The notes under the pieces: model-generated
What the model was told of the DNA's origin: nothing
The model's input: only the letters and a program-made list of their open reading frames with translations
Database searches by the model: none
Assembly (NCBI GenBank): GCA_050084985.1
Contig: JBITNC010000001.1
Coordinates: 133,300,001 to 133,364,000, forward strand
Direction of reading: 5' to 3'
DNA: 64,000 nucleotides
DNA from: Nageia nagi
Lineage: Eukaryota; Plantae; Pinophyta
Position numbers and translations under genes: made by a program
Shown here: positions 51,397-64,000 of the stretch, in pieces
Layout: every line of letters begins with the position of its first letter
Position numbering within the stretch: the first letter of the stretch is position 1

Positions 51397-52510
51397 TCGC
51401 ATGGCCGAGGAAAGATGCATTTTCATTTGTCCTAGAAAGAGCGACTGTAACTTGCATTACTCTTCTAAAATGGACACCCCTTTCATTGACACATGGCATC
51501 TGCAAAAACCACTATAAAAGCTCAAGAAGGGAGATAAAACGGCTAATTCATACTTCACTTCGACCCCCTCAAGGTGGTCACATGGTTTGGAAAAGTCACA
51601 TTTCCATCTTTCGAAAACGATGCGACCACCACCCTCAATCCAGTTTTGGAGCTCGAAAATCAGCTAAGTGTTTCAAACTCCTCCTCCAAAGGTGTTTGCA
51701 TGGTTTATAAAAGATGCATTTTTATCTTTCAAAAGGGATGTGACCACACTTACCTAGACGTTGGATGCACAACATGAAGCTCACTTTGATTCCATTGGAC
51801 CTTCATTCTGGTCGCTCGGCTAGAGACACTTGGCAAGAAAAATTGTTATAAAAGAAGGAAGGGCATTCATTTTTGCCTTAGCTGATCCAATGTAGTGCAT
51901 CTAAAGGTGGTCGCATGGTTTGAGAAAGTTACAATTTCATCCTTGTAAAACAAACCAACCACCTCATTTCTTACATGTTAGCCTCCAAAATTAGCTCAGT
52001 ACTTAGCCATAAGCATTTTCAAGGTGTTCGCATGATCCAAAAGGGTTACATTTTCATCTTTTAAGGGACATGTGACCACCCCTTTCAAGCGTTCTTGGTC
52101 CAATTCAGTTGTTTGCATGATTTGAAGAAGTTACATTTGCATCATTGTAGAGGCACGCGATCACATCCTTTGAATGAAAATGGACATTTGTTGAGGGTTT
52201 ATCATTAGTCCATCAAAACGATGCCACTTGGCAACCCAAAAAGCTATAAAACGTAAAGGGGACTTAGTTCATCATTGCAAATCATTTGTCCTCTTAAGGC
52301 TGGTCACATGGTTTCCATGTGTTACATTCTCATCTTCCTTGAGGCGTGCGACCGTCCCTTTTTGTTCTCACATCAAGTTAGATGGCCCATATGCATTTAC
52401 CATCATATCATTTAGTTTTTGAATTAGTCTTATCCTACAATAGTCAACTTAAATGCATATGGTCACATGGTTCCAAGAATATAGGCATCCATCTTTCAAA
52501 AATGTGTGCC
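51397..52510. repeat. Array of ~8 dyad-symmetric ~48-bp repeats (TCGCATG...AAAG(A/T)T(G/A)CATTTTCATCTTT...CATGCGA-like)
   Basis: Copies start at about 51397, 51578, 51696, 51911, 52028, 52113, 52304 and 52463. Confidence 0.75.
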
Positions 52511-52985
52511 CATTCAAGTTGCATTGATTTAGTCTTTATCAATGCACTGTTGTCTTAAGACACACCCGTACATCTATGAAAGCAATCTTGTGTTTGTTTT
52601 TAGTTAGTTAGTTAGTCATTTATGTCGTCCGTAGTCCTTTCATTTTGTTATGTACCATAAATTCAACCTTCCTTGTCGCATCATTTGCCCAAGATAGAAA
52701 TTTGGTACGACCAGGTCCCTCAAGCCTTGCTTTGCATTAAGTTGGGTACCACAAGGTGGCTAATGGGACATATGCATGCATTTACCATTTAAGGCATATT
52801 TTGAACATTGCATGTGAGGAGGCCGACCACCTTTCGTCATAAACATTTACTGTTTAGTTTGCTTCCATTTGCATGTCTCATCATTAAGGCATACAGGTTT
52901 GCCAGGCATTGTACACCTCCTGCATCACTCCACCACGCCCGTACAGTCGAACCAGTGTCAGTCAAGTCCAGTCGCTACGAACCCG

Positions 52986-55900
52986 ATGTATCTATGCAGG
53001 TTCAGAACGGCGAAAATAAACTCCAAGCTAGGAAAAACCCGAGAGCTGCAACTAGCCATGCTAACTAAGCCTAGCCATGTTCGATTTGCCAAGGAGAATC
53101 CTAAAGATCCATTGAAACAGGCCAAATTCAACAACCTCTCCAACATCCGGGATACCAATTGGTCACATACCAATCCTATCCGAACGTTGCAGGCCATTAG
53201 TGAGTTAGAAAAAAACCATATCCTCAAGCAGGTCATCTGCACGTCTAGATTGGCCACAACCACCTTAATCCCTTTTGCTATACCTTTTCCTGAACTTCGC
53301 TACAAAGTAGGCAGGCATGCCAACTTCAAAAACTGCACCTTCTGTGACACCGATGGCAAGAAAATCCTTGATTTCTCTCCACAAGGGACTAAGGAGGCCT
53401 TCAAATGTGGTGGCTAAGGAGTCGTTTACACTCAAAAAGACTCTCCAGATTATTATGAAAAATCTCAACAAGCCGGGGATCTCATCGGAGATTGGCTTGA
53501 GAATGAGAGCAAGCAATTCATAGGAAACAAATTCATAAATGCAAAGAGGCAAAACTTCTACCCCACAGTTTCCAGGATTATTAGTATGCTACTTAGAGGC
53601 ATTGGTAAAGAGGATGAATTTAAGTTTCAAAAAGAATTTATCGGATTCATCACTGTAATTGGAAACAGACAGAAGATAAAATGGAGCAAGGTGATAAGTG
53701 ACTCCCTGTTGTTCCAACTGGCTCATATTAACTCCTCAAAAAGATTTTACATGAATTCCTACCTTGTCTTCCTCCTCCTACATGGCAAAATAAGAAAATA
53801 GCCCATGCAGACATGGAAATCTTGAATAATCCGGAGAAACTTGTATGGAGAGCTTATCCTAAATGGTGGCTAGAGTTCAGATGGGATCATTATGCCATAA
53901 GAAATGATGGATGGGAATATCAAATATATAAGAAGATTAAAGAAAGGCAAATGGTAAACAGGATATCTAATTCTACCATTGAAGCCATCCGCGGACATGC
54001 AGATTATTTCTTGGAAGACCCTACACACACATATATTCGAGTCTATGGTTCTGAAGTCAGGCATTATCTCCTGCCCCGATATGCCAGCAATCGGTTGATT
54101 CTCATGGAGTTTTACAGACAGTTTTTATTTCTATATGAAAATGTCTAGAAGAAGAAAGATGCTACAACAAACCCCCCCATTTCTATCAAGGAATGCACTT
54201 GTTCTACTTGGCAGGAGGCCAAGGGAATGAGCATTGAATTGTCTTTTTATCACTTTAGTAAGGAGCAAGCAACTTCCCACTATGATCCTGAAGGAAGGAT
54301 CCAATTTTTCTATAGGCGAGCTTTCAGAAATCTTGTAACCTACGAGCATAGGCCTCTTGGAGATTAAGAAAGGTACAAGAATAAGAGAGAGGAAAAGCAA
54401 ATTCAAGAAGTGCACCAAGTTTTGGCACCTGAAGGTCGGATTGACAAAAGAATCTAGGGCTTAAATGAGCCACATACAGCCCTAGCTGAGAAATCCACTT
54501 CCTCTTCCAGAGTAAGGAGACACCAAGGACCGAGTAGGAGAACATGCCACTCTGGGCAAGACTGGACCTGAAATCTATTCCGTCATCAGAGAAATTACTG
54601 ACATCGATGTCATGATGAAGAAAGGGTATCCAGATTTTCCACTCCAAGAACTTAAAGATGCCATCCCAAAGGACATCCCCATGCTCCCTATCGTACCTGT
54701 CTGTGCAGAGAATCCCTTGGCTCTCCCAAATTTCTTGACGCCCGCCAAAGACTATATAGAAAATGAATTCTTAGAGCCTATTGAGGCAAAAACCTAGGAA
54801 AATGCTCAAAACACTCCCACAGCAAACCAACCTGAAGAGCCTGATCACTCTAGTTCATCCTCAGATTTTGAGACATCCTCTAAATCTTCAAGCCCGTATA
54901 AGACTCGCGGTCTGATACCAAAGATACCCAGAGTGTGGACATTGAAGCAAAATCCAAAACAGAGAGGATCAACGAGACTTTGCCAATTGAATCAATACCA
55001 GTGAGGCAGACCGCTTCTTCTGAATCTACCACTCTAAGAAGGAAGAGGAGATTGTCCCCCAAGAAAGAAGCCTCTAGAATAGCCCCTAGCAAGCCTTCAA
55101 ATTTGAGCAAAGCTTCTACAGTTGGAGGAGATGGAGGAGATGAAGAAGACAAAGGCAAGAGTGAAGACCAGAGAAAGAAGAGAAAGCAACAAGAGCATGG
55201 CAGCCATAAACCATCAAGGAGTAAGGAAAAACCAGTTGATATTAGAAGCTAGCAATTGAGAATTGAGATCCCTAGAGAGTTTGCTCCTACTAATACGGAT
55301 ACCACCCTGGCCAATATTGCATAAAGTTTTGGCCCTCAGAAGAAATATGATTTTGACATTGACGCAGTCATCAAAGATCTCCAAATGAGCTACCGAAGTG
55401 ATGATGATGAATCTAGCCAAAGGATGGAAAATGCCTTAGAGGACTCTCCGATTGAAGAAATAGATAGATTCATATCCATGAAATAGAACAAGGTGGCCAT
55501 CAATAGATGCCACTCCAAAAAGAAGCATCCTCAAAAAAACATGCGGGGACACATCGAGGAGTTCAACGTCAAGAAAACTGGGTGGGCAAGACGTAAGCAC
55601 GCCATCAATTACAACGTGGATGAGATGGTCAAACAAGGTATCGAAAGGGAGAATACAAAAGAGCTGAAAAAAGACCTGACTAGTATAAACAAACTGGTGA
55701 AGGAGATAGAAGCTGCCAAAAATGTCCATCAAAGACATCAAGGTGCAAGCCTCATTGAACATTGGCGTGACATCGACCAAGGAGACCCTAGTCAATGTTG
55801 TGACGAGAGTAGTCAACGAACTTTCGCTTTGATTGGCTATCCTCATGGATGAACAAAAGGCAAAAGAGAATATGGCCACAGCCGTTTCCCAGTTACTACA

Positions 55901-56444
55901 GAATTTTCAGAACCATGAGCATGCCATTCAAAACATAAGGAGGATGTCTGTAGGACAAGTGGGCCGAATATAGTATTGCCAAGAGTTCACCTACCATCTA
56001 TGTTGGCTAAGGTTCGTGGCAGAAGAATGCGCCAACCTCACTAAGGCTAAAGCCGATCTGTTGTTCACTCTAACTTTTCAACTGAGTCAATTTGTGCAAC
56101 CAATCAGTTTCATCAATGAGGACAGAAGCGCAAGGCGAGTTGAGTTCTTGATCCAAGAGGTCCAGAATGTATTACGTGAGCTCATCTTCACAAAAGATGT
56201 AAATCTGTTGAGGGCTGGAACTCACATTGAAAATCAGCAAAACCTAGCCGTTTGGAATTTTCAAATGGAGGCTACTTCTCAATTCATCTTAGATTTCCAC
56301 AACAAAAGGGATGAAGAATTGTTAGGCGCACTTGCCATAGGACTTGCTAAGGTTAGGGCCTTCTTCGATGACAAGTCTCATGGGATTCCTAAGGGTGTCT
56401 TTGTTGCCGCTCACGATGAAGTTGTTGGTCCCACAGAGGGATGA
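52986..56444 (+). pseudogene. Divergent homologue of the LTR-encoded ORF, disrupted
   Basis: NIRDTNW, ILDFSPQGTKEAF, KIKWSKVISDSLLFQL...RFYMNSYLVFLLLHGK, WRAYPKW...NDGWEYQIYK and YLLPRYASNRLILME align with the other two copies. Start codon is uncertain. Confidence 0.82.
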
Positions 56445-57724
56445 ATGAAAAATGCATATTTTATCAATTTTAAGACAATTATTATTTTTTTAAACTTGCA
56501 TTATGACGGATGAGTTTTTGCTCCCATAGCTGCAAGTAGACTTGATGTGATGTGATGTGATGTGATGCAATATGATCTGGTGTGATCAGATATTGATATG
56601 ATGTTTGAGCGATATTGTGTAGCCGCAGTTTTTTTGTTGTTGATGGTTTACTTTTGTCAATATGGTATTAGGGTTGCATGGGTGTTTAAAGAAACTCTGC
56701 AATTAATATTAGGGCGACGCTTCATTTAATGAAGTTGTCATATGTATGCTATAAGTATCCCTAGTCAGGTCATTTTTTGAAGATACACATGTAGAGAGAG
56801 ATAAAGACATATAGATGCATAGACGAATGGTATATACTATAGAGAGCTCTTCAATATATGCAAAGTTAGATACTTTTTGGAAGAAGTTCTCCATGATGCA
56901 AAATCTCTTTGATAGCATTTTGGATTTGAGGTTTCCAATGCATGTATGTATGATTTATCATTTTGGGAAACTTTGTAATTAATGCAAGTACAGTCTCTCG
57001 CTTCATGGGATTGCAGATGCCTATATGACATTTTTATCGTGTTGTGTTATTTATACATTTATGAACATTTGCCTTGAAAGTTTGGCACTTTAAGAAAAGA
57101 TTATTGAATATCTTTCTTAGATGTGTGATTGTTTCTGTAATTTGCATAAAGTTGTAGCATTTTGGGTAACTTTGCTCTTATGATATTTGATTGAAATCAT
57201 CTGCTAGGATTCGAATAATTGAATGATTCACTACATCACGTTTTCCATGCTAACTATTGCCCCGTGCTCTTGCTTAGGAAAGATCTGGACCCAGTCTTTT
57301 CTTTCTTTGCTTGATACTCTGAGCAAAAATTCCTAATAAATCTAAAAGTTGAAAGCCCCAAACCCTGTAAAACGGTGAGCAACTGTTACCTATTTTACCA
57401 TCAACTACCAAACCTCCTTATATCTCTCCATCATATTCTTTTGCTTTTGTGTATTATCACGTGAACATTAACTAAAAGAGAGCCCAATAGGTCCGCATAA
57501 TTGTGAGTTGACCATTCCCCAAGCGCATACCTCCCCCTGAGCGATCCTATTGACCATAAACCACCATAGTCCAACATCTTTTGCATTATAAAGTTCAAAC
57601 CATTCATATCAAAGAAAGCTTAGGGTTAACGTTCTTTCAAGCAAGGGTAAGTAACGCTACTCCACTCAAAGGCGGTGTTCTTTACTGCAGGGGAGGAAGG
57701 AATACGCATCAACAGCACCCGAAC

Positions 57725-57741
57725 TGGCGCTAGAAGGAGGG
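57725..57741 (+). other. Primer-binding site complementary to the tRNA-Asn(GTT) 3' end
   Basis: TGGCGCTAGAAGGAGGG is the reverse complement of ...CCCTCCTTCTAGCG-CCA, the plant tRNA-Asn 3' end as I recall it. Confidence 0.78.
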
Positions 57742-57871
57742 CCTACTCCGCTTTTGTCTTCAATTTTTGTTTCTTTTATCTAAAGCAAGTTGGAACCCTT
57801 CCCATCTAATTCGAATATCTTCGATTCGAACCTATTTAATTCACCACAAGTGTACACCCAAGCTAGGAGAG

Positions 57872-60800
57872 ATGCCAAGTTACCTGCTTCAACATCCCAC
57901 GCTTCTCAACAGACACAAAGATACAGGTCTTGCGGGATTAGCATCTAGTAGTACCATTCTTCCACAAACAGAGGGCACAGATTCCAGTAATTTGGGACTC
58001 CTACCTTTCACTCATATTTCTTCTCAAATAGTCCTAGTTGTACCTGATACATCCGATTCTTCTCCCACAATTCAGACTCTTGCTCAGCCCAGATCGATGG
58101 CACAACCTACTATGGCTTGGCAACAAGGAACACCTATTAATGTACTGGGTCAACAACATACTATGCCCAAGAATGCAAGTCAAAATATCACTAAGTTTAG
58201 GGCTAATGGAACCAGAACGGCCGAAGAGCATATCAACCTGTATAAAAAAGCTATGACCAGACTAAATGCTATTCACGAGGATGTGGCATGCCAAGTCTTT
58301 TGAGGATCAAGCCTTCGATTGGTATGTCAGTCTGCCACATGGATCTATTACCTCCTAAAGATCAACTGCATGCAGCTTTCATAAGTCAATTTAGAATACC
58401 AATAGATCCATCAGTATTGTACCATCAATTTGCTGTCACTAAACAACAAATCGGGGAGCCAATCAAGATGTTCCATGTCAAATTTCATAAGGCTTACTCT
58501 AGATTGCTCCCTCCCAATAACGTCGATCAGACTGTTATACGTCAAGTGTATTTTGGGGCTCTTGATCCTCTAATCTCTGCATTTGTTCATAGAGAAGGAA
58601 CAATCACGACCCTAGGTCAACCCTATGAGGAAGCTATCAAGGTCGAACAACAATTTTCGCCTCAAGCTCATATCCCCAGCCCACATAATAGTGCGGTCTC
58701 CGCGTCCCAATATTCAAATGGTCTTCATGCATCATCTTATTATCCACAGCTACCAATATCCCCAATTCCACCAATGCCTTAACAATTTGTCCTAGCATTC
58801 TGACTAAATCCAATGTTCCCTCAGTAACTAAATCCAATGCAAACCCTAAACCTTCCTTTCTACCCAGTGTTACTTCGGAGGCTTTTCCCAGTACATCTTA
58901 TTCCATAGCAAAGGATCCTACCTTTGTGAATATAGAAAGAATGATGCAACGACTTTACAACGATATGTCGCGGATGAAGCAAGACAAGGGGAACCAAGGT
59001 CAAAGCTATCAGAACGACAGGACTAGAGCCTTTAACTTTCAGAGACATAACAAGAGTTGGAATACAGGAGCAAACAATGGTCGAGTTCCTAATCCCGCAG
59101 ATGGAAACAACAGTGGTAGCACCAACACCAATGAAGTCAATGCAGTCCATGTTCCTATAGTGCCCCTGACTAATTGGTGTAGGATCCATTCCACAACTAC
59201 ACATGATGAGACTAGTTTTCCAGAGTTCAAGACTCCCTTGAATGTCTTCAATCAAGAGATTCAAACCATGGAAATAGTGCCTAAAACTGAGTCTGGCCCT
59301 TCATAGGCTAACCATCATTCAATCATGTTGTGACAAAGATCACCGATGCAAGCAGCTCTAAGGAAAAAGACCACGAGGTGTATACAAGTCAGCAACTTTT
59401 AGCTGAACAAGGATCATCTTCAAACGAATAAGTTTATGCAACTCAACTAGCTCCTCCTAAGATTTCTTACAACTTTAGAAGGCGAGATAAATCTTCAATG
59501 ACTACATCCACGCCTCTAAATAATCTATTCAGTCCACTGAACTTGACTTCTCAGGTCAACCCTCCTCCGCCTACTCAACCAACTTCACAAGTCAAGTAAA
59601 CATACGCTCATCGAGCAAACACACCCTCCTCGTCCTCCCAACCAACAACTGCACCTCATTGTCAAGAATTTGCCCAATCGCAGGATCAAAGTAGAGGAGT
59701 GACTGAAGAGGAGGATGAATCTCATGTTTCAACTTATGACCTCGTAGATGACCTCAAGAGAACCAGATCAAGTGCTTCCGTATATGATGTGATTCAAATG
59801 GATAAACAATATGAACCTATCAAGTGGCAGTTGAATAAGATTGCCCCAAAGTCAAGACAAAAATGGGTTCCTAAGAGCACAGGAGCTTTCAAGCCAAGTG
59901 ACACGCCCAAAGCTGTCAAGATGAAGGCCCTTACCATTCATAAAGATAGACACAAAGGAGATTCTCCGCCACCATTCTTACTGACATTGAGGATTGCTTG
60001 CAAAAATCTGCAAAACTCCATGGTAGATTTCGGAGCTATCAGAAACGTCATGCCATATAAGGTCTGCAAAAGATTGAACCTGCCCATCACAGAAAGCCCC
60101 AAAAAGGTGACACAATTAGGTAAGACTGAAGTCAAGATAGTAGGAATGTTGTCGCAAGTACATATCCACATTGCCTCTGAACCCTGAATTCAGCAACGTA
60201 TTAATGTTCAGGTTGTCGATATTCCCGACACCTATGGGATTTTGCTAAGTCAGGACTGGTCTCGACATCTTAATGGTTACATCTCCACTGACTATTCTCG
60301 TATGTGGTTGCTTGGAAAGGAAAACCCAACCACATTAGAATAAATAGTGAACCTAGACTCAAGGAACTTATCACAGAATACAATAATGTCAATGAAGTCC
60401 AATTCATGCAAGAGGAATTGGACGCCTAATCTTTGAACCTCAATCCCTAGAAGGACCTTCGGAAACACCTAGACGTACAAGTTGAACTACCCCTGTATAT
60501 CACAAACATCCGAAGTTTAAGCCATACACAAGAAGTCACTCTCCAGGATCTTGTCAGTCAGGAACCTGAAGAAGAAATTTTGGACCTGATGAGAAAGGAT
60601 AGAGAGGAACAACTCAAGAGACTCATGGAAGCTGGGTACATTGAGTCCAAAGATCAAAAGGGTCCGACCAATGAAATTGAGAATATCAATGAAAGGATCT
60701 CTAAATCGTTGAAGAAAATGCAAAGACATCATTTACTCTTAAGGGGAGAACCCCTGAAGCATTCCCAAAATCAAGTCCCCTGTGACAATCCCAGAGCCCA

Positions 60801-63800
60801 AAATCTTCCCTTTGTAAAGGACTGCAAAGATCTTGAGGAACAATTTTGGATTCTCAGGTTCAATGGTTCCAAATCCAAACTAGGGAATGGAGCAGGAGTA
60901 GAACTTCAAAATCCCAAAGGTAAGCGGTACCATGCATCATATCATTTACAATTTGAGTGTACCTATAACACTGCAAAATAAGAAGCTCTTATCCAAGGAT
61001 TGAAGATGGCTTTGAAGAAAGGGGTCAAGCACCTCCAGGTTGTCGATGATTTCGAGTTGGTGATAAAACAAATTTATAATATATAGGCCTGCAAGGACCC
61101 CAGGTTGAACCTGTACAAAACTCGAGTTTGGGACCTGATAAAGGATTTTGAATCCTTTGAAATCAAAACCATGCCCCGAAATCAAAATTTTGTAGCTGAT
61201 GCATTGGTTGTGATAGCCAGCACCTTTCCACCTTTCAACAATTGGAGAATGTCAACCTGCGAAAGTTCACAGTCCAAATGATTCCCACCCCTTCCATCCT
61301 CGACAATGATTACAATTTTCAAGTATTCCAAGATAAACAACAAATCAAAGATTTCATGTCCAACTCAAGCGTATTTGCTTCTCAAGTCATTGAGGAGGAT
61401 TCCGCCAATGCAGATGAGGATATCTCTCAAATTCAAGATGAGAGTCCAGATGGTGGAGTCATTCAATTAAGAACAAACAAGATCCCTAAAGGAATCGTCT
61501 CTCTGGAGCGATTGTTTGATCAAGACACGATTCAACATCATGTGGAGAATCATATCCAGGCTCAATATGCAGAAAGAGTCAATATAGGCACTAAAGCTAA
61601 CCCCAAAAATGTTTTGATTGGAAAATCATGCGTTGGGAAAGAAAGAGAAAAGATAATCAACATCCTCAAAGAATATATTGACGTCATAGCCTGGGAGTAC
61701 AAGCAGCTAAAGACCTACAATCCGACCATCATCACACATACTATACCATTGAAATCGGAAGCCAGACCTTTCAAGCAACGACAAAGGGTTGTCAACCCCA
61801 ATTTGGAGCCACTCACTCTTCAAGAAATTCAGAAGTTGGCATGGGCTAGTGTTATTTTCCCAGTTCGGCATTCATCTTGGGTGGCGAACATAGTACCTAT
61901 GCGGGAAAAAAGCGGGGAGATAAGGGTTTGCATAGATTTTCGACATCTTAACTAAGCCTTCGAAAAAGATAACTATCTCTTTGCCCTCTCAGGATGAAGT
62001 GTTGCAGATAGTCAATGGTTCTCATATGATGTTGTTCCTGGATGGATATTCAGGATACAATCAAATCTTGATTAGTGACATGGACAGATTGAAAATGGCT
62101 TAAATCACTAAATGGAGAATGTTTGCTTATAGCCATATGCCTTTCGGTCTGATCAATGCAGGAGCAACTTTTCAACTAGCCATGGATTTCGCTTTCAAAG
62201 GATTGATCAAAAAGTCCATTATCATTTATATGGATGATCTTATAGTGTTTTCAACAGATAACTCCCAACATTCAAAGGACTTGAGAAAGGTTTTTGAAAT
62301 ATGTCGGAACTTCGGGATTTCTCTTAACTCGAAGAAAAGCACATTCGGTGCCTCGAAAGGAAAACTGTTGGGGCACATTATCTTAGAACATGGAATTTCA
62401 ATTGATCCTGAGAGAATCACTGCCATTAAAAAGATTCCCTACCCTTCCAGTTTGAAAGACCTAAGATCATTTCTGGGAAAAATAAATTTTGTTCGCAAGT
62501 TCATTTCTAGATTTGCGAAAATTGCAAAATCCATCAATGATATGTTAAAGAAGGATTCAGACATAGTTTGGAATGCAGAAACGAAGAAATCTTTCCAAGA
62601 AATTAAAGAGGCCATAACCAATGCTCCAGTGTTAACCAATCCAGATTATGGTAGGCCGTTTTTCCTCTATTCTTTTGCTTCAACTCATTCCATTGCTAGT
62701 GTACTCACCCAAAGGGACGATGACAAGGATGAAAGTTCGATAGCGTTCATGAGCGCTCCTTTGCAAGATGCTACCTTAAGATATTGTGTATTGGAAAAGC
62801 AAGCCTACGCCTTAGTACTATCAATGAAGAAATTCAGGCATTATATTTTGCGAAACCAAGTTGTGGTCATTATTGCAAATACAGCAGCAAAATCCCTCCT
62901 AATTCAGCATGAGTTGGGGAAGAAACGAGGAAACTAGGTCACAACTCTGCAAGAATATGATCTATATATTCAATTGATGAAAATAGTCCGCAAAAAAGGA
63001 CTTACAAAATTGTTAGCCGATTGTGAGAACAATTCTCAAGTTGATGAAGTAATGACTGCCCAATACACACCCCCTAAAGGTTCTTGGTATAGAGACATAA
63101 TAAGGTACCTAACATTAGGAACTTACCCTCCTCGCTTCAACATGTCACAGAAAAGGGCTTTGAGGTATAAAGTTGCTAAGTTTATGAGTCTAGAAGGCAA
63201 ACTATACAAAAAAAGCTATGATGGATTGTATTTAAGGTGCCTAGAGGAATCCCAAACCAACGAAGTACTTTGGCAATTTCATGATCAAGAAAATGGTATA
63301 GGTCCTGCTCCAAGCGGCACTCTGGCCCATCATATCCTGAGAGTCGGATACTATTGGCCCTATATCTTCAAAGATGCCCATAAGTATGCAAAGAAGTGTC
63401 ATATATGCTAGACTTCAGCCGGAAGACAAAAAATTTCAAATATATCCTTACAACCTGTACTCGAGTCCAAACCGTTTGTGCAATGGAGACTTGATTTTGT
63501 TGGAGTCATCAATCCCCACTTTTCTTCAGGGCATCAATTCATACTGACAGCCACTAATTACTGCACCTGCTCGACTGAAGCACAAGCCTACAAAAATGCT
63601 ACTTTTGAAGTAGTGATAATGTTTCTTGAAGAACACATAATCACCGGCTTTGGTATGCCATATTCTTTGGTCTACGACAATCGCCTCGCATTCATATCCA
63701 TTCCCCTCTCAGAATGGGCCTACGACCATGGCATAATTTTGAAATTTGCAGCCAACTACTATCCCCAGGGAAATGGAGTGGCGGAATCTACCAACAAGAA

Positions 63801-64000
63801 CCTGATAGGAGTAATGAAAAAATTGCTTGAAAAAAATCAATAGGATTGGCTTAGCAATCTCAAATATGCATTATGGGCCGATCAAATCAAAATCAAACTG
63901 TCTCTTAGGATGAGTCCCTTCCAATTAGCGTATGCCATTAAACCTGTTTTCCCTACACATCTTAAGATAGCCACTTTACAATTCCTGAAGGACTATGCTA
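57872..64000 (+). pseudogene. Tat gag-pol (gag, protease, aRH, RT, RNase H, integrase), many stops/frameshifts
   Basis: PR MVDFGAIRNVMP. aRH WILRFNGS...GAGV...TYNTA (about 60845-61210). RT SSWVANIVP...RVCIDFR, MPFGLINAGATFQ, YMDD. INT GYYWP...CHIC, WRLDFVG, YPQGNGVAESTNK. Confidence 0.93.

Larger units (their letters stand above)
49895..64000 (+). mobile_element. Ty3/gypsy Tat-lineage retrotransposon (aRH between PR and RT), decayed; giant coding 5' LTR 49895-57714; runs off the right edge
   Basis: Order is LTR, PBS, gag, PR, aRH, RT, RH, INT. The LTR start is inferred from weak similarity to position 1298, and the LTR end from homology to 7210-7323. Confidence 0.88.

Noticed and set aside
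56543-56567. (TGATG)5 microsatellite
   Set aside because: Short, ordinary and not shared with the other giant-LTR copies.
57725-57741. tRNA gene
   Set aside because: Only a 17-nt complement of a tRNA 3' end including CCA, so it is a PBS. No cloverleaf is present.

Overview
Eukaryotic plant DNA, most likely gymnosperm: very long TE-filled introns and a Tat element with PR-aRH-RT domain order. The window appears to lie entirely inside one minus-strand host gene, a short-form bacterial/ELAC1-type tRNase Z. Five exons are visible (40769-40663, 36970-36875, 36740-36644, 26408-26360, 21679-21548). They splice in frame, and the remaining 5' and 3' exons appear to lie outside the window. The introns contain nested, mostly decayed retroelements: a Reina-like chromovirus (1-9793), three non-autonomous gag(-protease)-only LTR elements, five ordinary solo LTRs, a 5'-truncated LINE, and a Tat element with aRH and a tRNA-Asn PBS (49895 to window end). 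The most unusual feature is a family of giant (6.0-6.6 kb) LTRs that themselves carry a gene. Each has an array of about eight dyad-symmetric 46-48 bp sites followed by a ~1,100-codon ORF of unknown function, all upstream of the PBS; a TATA box between the two is clear in the two solo copies. The family occurs as two TSD-flanked solo LTRs (1298-7323, 29849-35842), one truncated copy (12759-~13370) and the 5' LTR of the Tat element (49895-57714). All coordinates were read by eye and no database searches were run.
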